Positions 39,987 to 47,616 are shown, numbered from the stretch's first letter. The stretch: 64,000 nt of DNA from an uncultured Acidobacteriota bacterium (GCA_963721385.1 CAVRJB010000008.1:42074-106073), one strand, 5' to 3'. The notes: generated by a model from the letters alone, not told the origin. Numbers and translations: made by a program.

Positions 39987-41807
39987 ATGTCAGATCCGCG
40001 TCGCTCCTATCCGCTCCCCGGGGGGAGGCCCCTGAAGGTCTTCGCCATGGACCCGATGCTCGGGGACGCGGCGGGAAACCGGATCACGATCGCCCTTCGA
40101 AACGAGTCGCTCCGGCCCGGGCCGAGCGGCGAGCGGCTCGAGGTCGTCGACTACGACGGCGGGAGCCGCCGCTTCTACGAGCCGGTCGACCTCGACCACC
40201 CGGCGCTCCTGATGCAGGGGGGGCTCGACCCGGCCGAGTCCGACCCCCGCTTCCACCAGCAGATGGTCTACGCCGTGGCGTCGAGGGTGCTCGAGAACTT
40301 CGACGCCGCGCTCGGGAGGCGGTTCCGCTTCAAGGGAGGGGCGCGCCTGCGCCTCCTGCCCCACGCCTTCCGCGGCGCGAACGCCTTCTACGACCCCGAC
40401 CTCTCCGCGGTCCTGTTCGGCTACTTCCGTGCCGACGAGGAGAACCCCGGCCCGAACCTCCCGGGCCAGACGGTTTTCACCTGCCTCTCGCACGACGTCA
40501 TCGCGCATGAGGTGACGCACGCGCTCGTCCACCGCCTCCGGCCGCGTTACCTCGAAGCCTCGAACCGCGACGTCCTCGCCTTCCACGAGGGGTTCGCGGA
40601 CATCGTCGCCATCTTCCAGCACTTCTCCTTCCCCGAGATCCTGACCGGGGCGATCCAGGAGACGCACGCCCGCCTCCAGTCGGCCAACTCGCTCGTGAAG
40701 CTGGCCCAGCAGTTCGGCTACGCCACGGGGTCGGGGCAGGCGCTCCGCTCGGCGATCGACGACGAGGCCGACGATGGTGACGACGCGGCGGGAGAGAAAC
40801 GGCGCAAGCGCGAGCGGCTGAAGCGCCAGCAGTACGAGACGGTCCTCGAGCCCCACGAGCGCGGCTCCATCCTCGTCGCCGCCGTCTTCGACTCCTTCTT
40901 CGCGACGTACCAGTCGCGGATCCGGGACCTGATCCGGATCGCGACCGGCGGCTCCGGCGTCCTCCCCGAAGGGGATCTCCACCCCGACCTCGTCGGGCGG
41001 ATCGCGAAGGAAGCCTCGAAGTCGGCCCAGAACGTCCTGACGATGTCGATCCGCGCCTTCGACTATCTGCCCCCCGTGGACGTCACGTTCGGCGACTTCC
41101 TCCGCGCCCTGGTGACCGCCGACACCGAGCTCGTCCCGGCCGACGACCGAGGCCTCCGGGCCTCGATGATCGAGGCCTTCCGCGTCCGCGGCGTCTACCC
41201 GGAGAGCGTCGTCTCCCTCGCGCAGGAGTCGCTCCTCTGGGAGGACCGGAGCGGCGAGATCCCCGACCTGCCGGTGAACCTCCTCCGGCAGCAGCTCGTC
41301 CTCTCCGCGCGCGCCTTCGACCGGTACGCGCCCGGGCGCGAGAGCGACGACGACCCCGTCGGGCCTTGGGCACAGGCGCTCCGCGCCTGGGCCGCTGCGA
41401 ACGCGCGCTCCCTCGACCTCGTCCCTGGCCTTCCCGTCGAGCTGGGGGGGTTCCACACGGTCTTCCGCGTCTCGCCGGACGGACAGCTCCTCGTCGAGCT
41501 CGTGGCCCGCTTCGTCCAGACGCCGAAGGGCCCGAGGGACGTTCCGCCCCTCCGGGGAGGGACGACGATCGTCGCCTCTTCCGAGGGGAAAGTCCGGTAC
41601 GCCATCTCGAAGCCCCTGCCGTCGAGGAAGCTCCGCCCGGAGGCTCACCGCGAGGGCGAGCGCCGGACGGAGCGCCATGCGCGCCTCACTGACGAGATGG
41701 CTCTCCGCGATCCGTCGCTCGCCTGGGGGGACGCCCGCTCCGAAAAGCGCCGCCGCCTCGGTGTCAGCTTCGAGGCCCTGCACCGGGCCGTCTGGAGCAC
41801 GCGATGA
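39987..41807 (+). CDS. cytoplasmic thermolysin-fold (M4-like gluzincin) metallopeptidase domain protein with unknown N- and C-terminal regions
   Basis: HEVTHAL...(20 aa)...HEGFAD reproduces the thermolysin spacing H-E-x-x-H ... E(+24) x x x D(+28). No signal peptide. 606 aa. Confidence 0.55.
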   Translation: MSDPRRSYPLPGGRPLKVFAMDPMLGDAAGNRITIALRNESLRPGPSGERLEVVDYDGGSRRFYEPVDLDHPALLMQGGLDPAESDPRFHQQMVYAVASRVLENFDAALGRRFRFKGGARLRLLPHAFRGANAFYDPDLSAVLFGYFRADEENPGPNLPGQTVFTCLSHDVIAHEVTHALVHRLRPRYLEASNRDVLAFHEGFADIVAIFQHFSFPEILTGAIQETHARLQSANSLVKLAQQFGYATGSGQALRSAIDDEADDGDDAAGEKRRKRERLKRQQYETVLEPHERGSILVAAVFDSFFATYQSRIRDLIRIATGGSGVLPEGDLHPDLVGRIAKEASKSAQNVLTMSIRAFDYLPPVDVTFGDFLRALVTADTELVPADDRGLRASMIEAFRVRGVYPESVVSLAQESLLWEDRSGEIPDLPVNLLRQQLVLSARAFDRYAPGRESDDDPVGPWAQALRAWAAANARSLDLVPGLPVELGGFHTVFRVSPDGQLLVELVARFVQTPKGPRDVPPLRGGTTIVASSEGKVRYAISKPLPSRKLRPEAHREGERRTERHARLTDEMALRDPSLAWGDARSEKRRRLGVSFEALHRAVWSTR

Positions 41808-43021
41808 GCCCGGCAAAGAAGCCCTCCGGTGCGGTAACCGTCCGGATGTACAACGTCGGCTTCGGCGACGCGTTCCTCCTGACGTTTCCCGGCTCGCCGC
41901 CGAGAAAGGTCCTCGTCGACTGCGGCTCCCACAACGCCGGCCCGGGCCCCGAGCCAATCGGCGACGTGGCCGCCCGGATCGTCCAGGACGTCACGGGAGC
42001 CGACGGCGTCCCGAAGATCGACGTCGTCATCGCCACGCACCGCCACCGGGACCACGTCGCGGGCTTTTCGTCGCCCGTCTGGAAGGACGTGCGCGTTGGC
42101 GAGGTCTGGATGCCGTGGACCGAGGAGCCTGATGACCCCGACGCAAAGAGAATCCGCGAAGCACAGAGTTCCGGCGCGGCCAAGCTCCACGCGGCCCTCC
42201 GGCTCTCCGGCGCCCCCGACCACGTCCTCGACCTCGTCGCCAACTGCCTCACGAACGAAAAGGCGATGGCGACGCTCCACGGCGGCTTCGCCGGGAAGCC
42301 CCACCGCTTCTTCCTGCCGAAAAAGGGCGCGGAGAGAAAGCCCTTCACCCCGGCCGCACTTCCGGGCGTCACCGTCCACCTCCTCGGCCCGTCGCGCGCC
42401 CCCGACGTCATCCGCGACATGGAGCCGCCGAAGGGAAAGGGCTATCTGCGGCTCTCGGGCGAGGCCGACGGCGGCGCCGGCCTGCCGTTCCGCCGCCGGT
42501 GGGCCATGACGCCGAAGGAGTTCGACGCCACCGCCGCCTTCGCGCACCTCAGGCTTCCCGAGAAGTACCGCCGGGCCGTCGACGCCCTCGGCGAGGACGA
42601 CGACCTCGCGGTCGCCGTCGCCCTCGACGCCGCGGTCAACGGCACCAGCCTGATGCTGATGTTCGAGGTCGGGAAGGCGTTTCTCCTCTTCCCCGGAGAT
42701 GCGCAGTGGGGGACGTGGAACGCGGTCCTCTCGGACGAATCGGCCGTCCAGCTCCTGAAGAAGACCGTCTTCTGCAAGATCGGCCACCACGGCAGCCACA
42801 ACGCCACGCCGCGGGAGTTCGTCGAGAACGACCTCTCGACGTTCTCGGCCATGGTCTCCACCCGCCCGATGCCCAATTGGAAGTTCATTCCGAAGCCGGC
42901 GCTGATGGCCGCGCTTCACAAGAAGTCGAACGCCGTCGTCCGAAGCGACCAGCTCTCGTCCGTCCCCTCCGGCTTCACGAAGCACGGAAACATCTGGGTG
43001 GAGACGAGGATCCCGGTCTGA
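41804..43021 (+). CDS. MBL-fold metallo-hydrolase (ComEC/DNA-internalisation-like MBL subgroup)
   Basis: VRMYNVGFGDAFLL..VLVDCGS, HRHRDH (HxHxDH) and a distal KIGHHGSHN motif. Start overlaps the upstream stop (ATGA). Confidence 0.65.
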   Translation: MSPAKKPSGAVTVRMYNVGFGDAFLLTFPGSPPRKVLVDCGSHNAGPGPEPIGDVAARIVQDVTGADGVPKIDVVIATHRHRDHVAGFSSPVWKDVRVGEVWMPWTEEPDDPDAKRIREAQSSGAAKLHAALRLSGAPDHVLDLVANCLTNEKAMATLHGGFAGKPHRFFLPKKGAERKPFTPAALPGVTVHLLGPSRAPDVIRDMEPPKGKGYLRLSGEADGGAGLPFRRRWAMTPKEFDATAAFAHLRLPEKYRRAVDALGEDDDLAVAVALDAAVNGTSLMLMFEVGKAFLLFPGDAQWGTWNAVLSDESAVQLLKKTVFCKIGHHGSHNATPREFVENDLSTFSAMVSTRPMPNWKFIPKPALMAALHKKSNAVVRSDQLSSVPSGFTKHGNIWVETRIPV

Positions 43022-43031
43022 GAGGAGCGCC

Positions 43032-43548
43032 ATGGCCCAGTTCACCGTCAACGCCGGCCGCTTCGACCCGTACAAGAACTTCAAGTTCCGCGTAAAGTGG
43101 GATGGCAAGGTCGTCGCCGGCGTCAGCCGCGTCAGCCCGCTCCGGCGCGTCACGGAGGTCATCGAGCACCGCGAGGGAGGCGACCCGAACACGTCCCGGA
43201 AGTCGCCGGGAAGGACCCAATTCGACGCCATCACCCTCGAGCGGGGGGTCACGCACGACCCGGCCTTCGAAGAGTGGGCGAACCAGGTCTGGCGCCTCGG
43301 CGCCGGCGCGGGCGCCGAGGTCGCTCTGGCCAACTTCCGCAAGGACATCGTGCATCGAGTTCTGCAACGAGGCCGGGCAGGTGGCCCTGGCCTACAAGGT
43401 CTACCGCTGCTGGCCCTCGGAGTACCAGCCTCTTCCGGCCCTCGACGCCGACTCCGGGGCGGCCGCCTTCCAGTCGATCACCCTCCAGCACGAAGGGTGG
43501 GAGCGCGACACCTCGGTCCAGGAGCCGCAGGAACCCAAGTCGACGTGA
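43032..43548 (+). CDS. phage T4 gp19 / eCIS (Afp1/Pvc1-like) tail tube protein homologue (TIGR02241-like); apparent +1 indel near 43357
   Basis: N-terminus has FKFRVKWDG...IEHREGGDPNTSRKSPGRTQFDAITLERGVT. The C-terminus (IEFCNEAGQVALAYKVYRCWPSEYQ...ITLQHEGWER) lies in the frame of ORF 43102..43548. Deleting one base in gtgcatcgag joins them as ...FRKDIVIEFCNEAG... Confidence 0.65.
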
Positions 43549-43943
43549 GCGCCGGCGGCGCGGATCCGCCGGCGCGTCTCGACGTCCGGAAGACGCTCCG
43601 CCCGGGCGAGCGGGGAACGAGGAAGTTGCTCAAGCTCTACGGCAACGACCTCGTCTCCGTCCGCTACCGCCACGACGAGGCCGCCGGCGTCCGCCTGAAG
43701 ACGGCCGAGATCGTCGTCGCCCGGGTCAAGCTCAAGCGGTCGAGGTCGCTCCCCCCGAGCGCCCTCGTCTACGCGAAGGTCGAGCCGTGGGAGAAGCCGC
43801 TGCACGAGAAGCTCAAGAAAGCTGGCGCGCGGTGGGACCCGGGACTACGATTGTGGCGGATGCGCTACGACACGGCCCTCGCCCTGGGGCTCCGACGGCG
43901 GATCCTGACGTCCCTTCCGAAGCCCGAAAGCGGTCACCGGTAG
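43545..43943 (+). CDS. small Lys/Arg-rich hypothetical protein (candidate DNA-binding protein)
   Basis: GTG start overlaps the tail-tube stop (GTGA). Lys-rich, non-repetitive composition argues for real coding sequence. Its last codons overlap the first downstream direct repeat. Confidence 0.4.
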   Translation: MSAGGADPPARLDVRKTLRPGERGTRKLLKLYGNDLVSVRYRHDEAAGVRLKTAEIVVARVKLKRSRSLPPSALVYAKVEPWEKPLHEKLKKAGARWDPGLRLWRMRYDTALALGLRRRILTSLPKPESGHR

Positions 43944-44008
43944 GAACTTAAATGCGGTCACCCGTAGGAACATTCGCCCGAAACAGACCAAAAGCGGTCA
44001 CCGGTACC
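43930..44008 (+). repeat. three direct repeats of an imperfect palindrome GCGGTCACC(G/C)GTAGG (spacing 24 and 40 nt)
   Basis: Read directly from the sequence. Copies begin at about 43930, 43954 and 43994. Each has a CGGT(C)ACCG core with dyad symmetry. Confidence 0.6.
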
Positions 44009-44032
44009 CACCTGGGGGTGCCGTCTAATACT

Positions 44033-44039
44033 AGTTAGG
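44033..44039 (+). other. isolated GTTAGGC integron-type core site (GTTRRRY), 25 nt downstream of the direct repeats
   Basis: Sequence match to the canonical attI/attC R' core. No upstream attC-like stem is present, so it may be an attI-like or attG-like site. Confidence 0.35.
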
Positions 44040-44451
44040 CGGCGAATGGACGAACGCGGCCTCGTCGCTGGCTCGACGTCCGACACCTTGGCTCGAGATT
44101 CGAAGCTCTACTCCGGCCGACCGCGTCGAGCACTGCGCCTTATCGCGCGGTGAGCCGGTGGAGCCGTCTCCTCGACAATTCCCCGCTGACCGGCTTACTC
44201 GAGCTTGCTGAGCGCACTCGCGCTCAGCTTTCTCCACGGCATCGACGGCGGCCTAGCCCGCGTCTCACTCGCAGATCTGGAGGTGGCGTCAGCCCGCCAC
44301 AGTGTAGGCGTATCGCTCGTCAGCATCGCCTCGCAGGGCAGCATCGCGCCGAGCACTCCTTGCGGCCGTCGAGCCACGTAAGTCGCGGCACGCTACCCGA
44401 GGGCGAGCGGCTCGCGCTGCAGCGGCAGCTTGCGGCCGAGCGGGCGTGGCC

Positions 44452-44483
44452 ACCTAACAGCGCGCTGCAGCGGACTCGGAGGT
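44452..44483 (+). other. 5' half (R''-L'') of an integron attC-like site, interrupted by the IS3 element
   Basis: ACCTAAC (RYYYAAC) then GCGCTGCAGCGGACTCGG. Homologous to the 5' halves of the intact copies at 46397 and 46987. Confidence 0.6.
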
Positions 44484-44527
44484 TGCTTCGGTATCGTTGA
44501 CACTCTCAGCTAACTAGAGAGGTCGCG

Positions 44528-44884
44528 ATGGGAAAAGCAGGACCCCGGAGAGTCAGAAGCTACAGCCAGGAGTTCAAGCTGCGGGCCGTTCAGCTGAGCC
44601 GGCAGCCGGGAGTCCTGGTCCGGGACGTGGCGCTTTCACTGAGCATTCACCCCTTCATGCTGTCGCGCTGGCGCAAGCAGGCCCGGGACGGCCAGCTGCG
44701 CGGTGCCTTGCCGGCTCTGGACCTGAAAGCCGTGGGTGAGCTCCAGCGGCTGCGAGAGGTCGAGCGCGATTACAAGCGGCTGAAGATGGAGCATGAGCTC
44801 CTAAAAAGAGCGATCCGGTTCGCCCGCGAGTTACGGGGGACGTCTTCGCGTTCCTCGAGGCGAACCGGAGGTTCTTCCCGGTGA
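44528..44884 (+). CDS. IS3 family transposase OrfA (HTH domain)
   Basis: SYSQEFKLRAVQL...MLSRWRKQ and a leucine-zipper-like C-terminus. A run of A's followed by G (CTAAAAAGAG, a likely slippery site) lies near 44810. Confidence 0.8.
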   Translation: MGKAGPRRVRSYSQEFKLRAVQLSRQPGVLVRDVALSLSIHPFMLSRWRKQARDGQLRGALPALDLKAVGELQRLREVERDYKRLKMEHELLKRAIRFARELRGTSSRSSRRTGGSSR

Positions 44885-45711
44885 GCCTGATGTGCAGGAG
44901 GTTCGGCGTCACGCGGGCCGGGTTCTACGCCTGGCGACGCCGTCGTCCGAGTCGCCGGACGTGTTCTGACGCGGCGATGACCGAACGGGTTCTGGCGGTG
45001 TTCCAGGAGGCGAGGGGGCTTTACGGCAGCCCTCGAGTGACCCGGGAACTCGGGCGGCGAGGCGTTTCGGTTGGCCGACGCCGTGTCGCGCGTCTGATGC
45101 GCCTGGCACAGCTCCAGGGCCGCTCGGCCCGTCTTTACCGCCGGTCGCGCGTGGGTCAGAAGGCGTTCTATCGGCTGCATCCGAACACGGTCCACGGTCT
45201 CACGACGACCGGCCCGGACCAGCTCTGGGTGGGAGACGTCACGTACGTCCGGGTCGCCGGACGCTGGCGGTACCTGGCCGTCGTGATGGACCGGCACTCC
45301 CGCAGGGTCCTCGGATGGAGCCTGGGCCGGAATCGGGACGCTTCGCTGACCCGGCGCGCCCTCACTCACGCCGTCCGATGGCGCCGTCCGCCTGCGGGCC
45401 TGACGTTTCACAGCGACCGCGGGATCGAGTACTCGGCCGTCCACCTCGGAGACGAACTGTCCCGCCGGGGTTTCGTCCAGAGCATGAATCGCCCGCGGCA
45501 GATGAACGACAACGCCCACATGGAGTCGTTCTTCCATTCGCTGAAGACCGAGTGGCTCTTCGGGATGACGTTCCAGAAGGACTCCGACCTCCGGGCCGCT
45601 CTCCTCGACTACGTCGGCTTCTACAATCGGCGGCGCCTCCATTCGTCCCTTGGATACCTTCCCCCGGCCGTGTTCGAAGCCCAGGTCCCTAACCACACGG
45701 GTGTCAACTGA
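44881..45711 (+). CDS. IS3 family transposase OrfB (DDE integrase catalytic domain)
   Basis: LWVGDVTYV...HSDRGIEY...NAHMESFFHSLKTE gives the D, D35E motifs of rve-type integrases. Confidence 0.85.
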   Translation: MSLMCRRFGVTRAGFYAWRRRRPSRRTCSDAAMTERVLAVFQEARGLYGSPRVTRELGRRGVSVGRRRVARLMRLAQLQGRSARLYRRSRVGQKAFYRLHPNTVHGLTTTGPDQLWVGDVTYVRVAGRWRYLAVVMDRHSRRVLGWSLGRNRDASLTRRALTHAVRWRRPPAGLTFHSDRGIEYSAVHLGDELSRRGFVQSMNRPRQMNDNAHMESFFHSLKTEWLFGMTFQKDSDLRAALLDYVGFYNRRRLHSSLGYLPPAVFEAQVPNHTGVN

Positions 45712-45720
45712 ACCGAAGCA

Positions 45721-45763
45721 AGTTCCCTCGCTACGCTCGCCGCTGAGCTCGATATCGTTAGGC
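45721..45763 (+). other. 3' half (L'-R') of the IS-interrupted attC-like site, ending in canonical GTTAGGC
   Basis: CGCTCGCCGCTGAGCTCGATATCGTTAGGC is homologous to the 3' halves of the other copies. The next ORF starts 21 nt downstream. Confidence 0.6.
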
Positions 45764-45783
45764 GATTCTTAGGGGAGGACATC

Positions 45784-46347
45784 ATGCGTTCACAGGCCTT
45801 CCTTTCGAGCAATTGTTCGCGACGGACGATTACCGGGCTCGCAGTGCTTGTTCTTCTGGCTGCCACTCCGGCGCACGCTCAGGTGTCGTGCAAGCTGCTC
45901 CAGCCGGTAGAGCTTGAGTCGATCCTGAAGGAGTGGGCCGCAGGAGGGAAAACGGCAAAGTTCTCCGGCTCCACCGACAACTCAAGCGGCATAGCCTTCG
46001 ACGCCTGCAGCAGCGAAATCGTGAGACCGGGTCAAGGGAATCTGCAGATCAGGGTCGTCGTTGTCAAGAATCTCCCCATGAGCGGCGGCGACGCCATACG
46101 CACGCGAAACGCAGCTTTGGCACGCGAGGGCCAGTGGAAGGTCAAGGGCGCGCAATTTGAGGAAAAGGCAGTGGGCAAAGCGATGTGCACCCTGTATGGC
46201 AGGCCCGGAGTGGCAGCACATTCGGTGTGCGCCATCCCCAGCGCGAATGGTTATGTCGAGGTGGAGGTGATTACTCCTTTTCAGAAGGTGATCGTATCAA
46301 TGGATGCCGTAGGGACGCTGGTGCAGAAGGCGAACAGCCGCTTGTGA
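45784..46347 (+). CDS. cassette ORF: secreted hypothetical protein (signal peptide, 4 Cys), lower GC
   Basis: 187-aa ORF with an AGGGGAGG RBS, followed by an attC-like site. Confidence 0.55.
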   Translation: MRSQAFLSSNCSRRTITGLAVLVLLAATPAHAQVSCKLLQPVELESILKEWAAGGKTAKFSGSTDNSSGIAFDACSSEIVRPGQGNLQIRVVVVKNLPMSGGDAIRTRNAALAREGQWKVKGAQFEEKAVGKAMCTLYGRPGVAAHSVCAIPSANGYVEVEVITPFQKVIVSMDAVGTLVQKANSRL

Positions 46348-46396
46348 CTAACAAGGTCCATATTGACGTGAAACGGTCCCGGAACAAAAGTCGGGC

Positions 46397-46457
46397 GTCG
46401 AACAACACGCTGCAGCGGACTCGCTTGCGCTCGCCGCTGAGCGCGGTATCGTCAGGC
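46397..46457 (+). other. integron attC-like recombination site (61 bp; R'' GTCGAAC ... R' GTCAGGC)
   Basis: Inverted core sites, an internal imperfect palindrome with an extrahelical G (GCTGCAGCGG vs CCGCTGAGC), and a position immediately 3' of an ORF. Confidence 0.6.
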
Positions 46458-46526
46458 CGACAGACGCGCGTCACCGCCGATAACGCCCCGTGTGGCCCAT
46501 ATCACTCGAACCCCAGGAGGAACACC

Positions 46527-46977
46527 ATGATCGTTGAAGCACAGGTAACCATCAACGGATCCAAGGCGGCGATCTGGGCGGCAATCACCAACATCGAGAA
46601 CGCCTCGGAAACCATCAGCGGAATCGAAAACATTGAGGTCCTCGAAAAACCGGCAAACGGGCTCGTCGGACTAAGGTGGCGAGAGACCCGAATGCTATTT
46701 CGGCAAGCCAGCTACCGCGGAAAAGTGGATCACCGATGCTGCTGAGAACGAGTTCTACAAAACCAAAGCAGAAAGTGATGGATTTGTATTCTTAACCACC
46801 AAGAGTATTTCAGAGAGCAGTGGCGGCATTACGTTGGCTGAGTCTCATGATTCCAAGCCTCAAGGCATCGTTGCAAAACTAATGTCGATCCCAATGCTGT
46901 TTCTGTTCAAGGGCGTGGTGAAGAAGGCCCTCCTGCAAGACCTAAACGATATTAAGTCCGCAGTTGAACAGAAATGA
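46527..46977 (+). CDS. cassette ORF: SRPBCC (Bet v1 / polyketide-cyclase-like) protein; apparent +1 indel in a TTT run near 46700
   Basis: N-terminal part in frame 1 (MIVEAQVTINGSKAAIWAAI...RETRMLF). The remainder (GKPATAEKW...KKALLQDLNDIKSAVEQK) is in the +1 frame. GC is only about 45 %. Confidence 0.6.
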
Positions 46978-46986
46978 TCGATTGCG

Positions 46987-47046
46987 GCCTAACGACGGCA
47001 TGCAGCGGACGCGCTTCGCTCGCCGCTGAGCGCGGTATCGTCAGGC
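46987..47046 (+). other. integron attC-like recombination site (60 bp; R'' GCCTAAC ... R' GTCAGGC)
   Basis: Same architecture as 46397..46457, with about 85 % identity to it. Confidence 0.65.
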
Positions 47047-47092
47047 CGCAGAAGAAACATTCCTCTCACCACCACCGCGCATCGGAGGTCAC

Positions 47093-47479
47093 ATGAAACG
47101 AGTCACTGGTATCGGGGGCATCTTCTTCAAGGCGAAAGACGCTCCATCACTGCAGGCTTGGTACAAGCGGCACTTGGGAATCGATGTCCAGGCCTGGGGC
47201 GGAGCTGCCTTCGATTGGACCGACGCCGAGGGCAAGCCGGTTGCAGGCACAACTGCCTGGCTCATCGATCCGCAAGAAAGTAATCACTTTGCTCCGAGCT
47301 CTGCTTCCTTCATGGTCAACTACCGAGTGGAAGACCTCCACGCCTTGGTCAAGGTCTTGAAGGAAGAAGGCTGCAATGTGCTCGAGAAGATTGACGAATC
47401 CGAGTATGGGAAGTTTGCCTGGGTCATTGATCCAGAGGGAAACAAGGTCGAGCTATGGCAGCCGCCACAAGGCCAATGA
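47093..47479 (+). CDS. cassette ORF: VOC (glyoxalase/bleomycin-resistance) family protein
   Basis: 128 aa with the VOC beta-alpha-beta-beta-beta fold pattern (GIGGIFFKAKD...). Confidence 0.7.
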   Translation: MKRVTGIGGIFFKAKDAPSLQAWYKRHLGIDVQAWGGAAFDWTDAEGKPVAGTTAWLIDPQESNHFAPSSASFMVNYRVEDLHALVKVLKEEGCNVLEKIDESEYGKFAWVIDPEGNKVELWQPPQGQ

Positions 47480-47510
47480 GCAGGCTCGTTACGCACGGCC
47501 GCGAACTGCG

Positions 47511-47582
47511 GCCTGACACTTCGTTCAACCGGACGCCTTGCGGCGGGCTGCCGCAAGGCGCCGGTTAACTCGAACGTCAGGC
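47511..47582 (+). other. integron attC-like site of a different sequence class (72 bp; R'' GCCTGAC ... R' GTCAGGC; internal perfect palindrome GCCTTGCGGCgggctGCCGCAAGGC)
   Basis: Perfectly inverse core sites and a central hairpin. It sits between two + strand ORFs. Confidence 0.6.
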
Positions 47583-47616
47583 AGCACACCGATCCGCAGC
47601 GCCTGAGGTACCACTC

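Larger units (their letters stand above)
44484..45720 (+). mobile_element. IS3 family insertion sequence (1237 bp) with about 20-bp terminal inverted repeats TGCTTCGGTATCGTTGACAC / TGCTTCGGTTCAGTTGACAC
   Basis: OrfA (HTH) and OrfB (DDE integrase core) in a -1 frameshift arrangement. Ends are TG...CA. Flanks AGGT / AGTT. Confidence 0.85.

Noticed and set aside
43032-43943. Possible prophage, based on the tail-tube gene
   Set aside because: A single tail-tube homologue with no capsid, terminase, sheath, baseplate, integrase or lysis genes nearby does not support a prophage. It is treated as an orphan tube-like gene within a novel operon instead.
43401-44400. Search for an integron integrase (IntI) next to the cassette array
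   Set aside because: No ORF on either strand between 39.9 and 44.5 kb, or elsewhere in the window, carries tyrosine-recombinase motifs (R...HxxR...Y). The minus-strand ORFs here are junk. The array is therefore reported as a CALIN or as having its intI outside the window.
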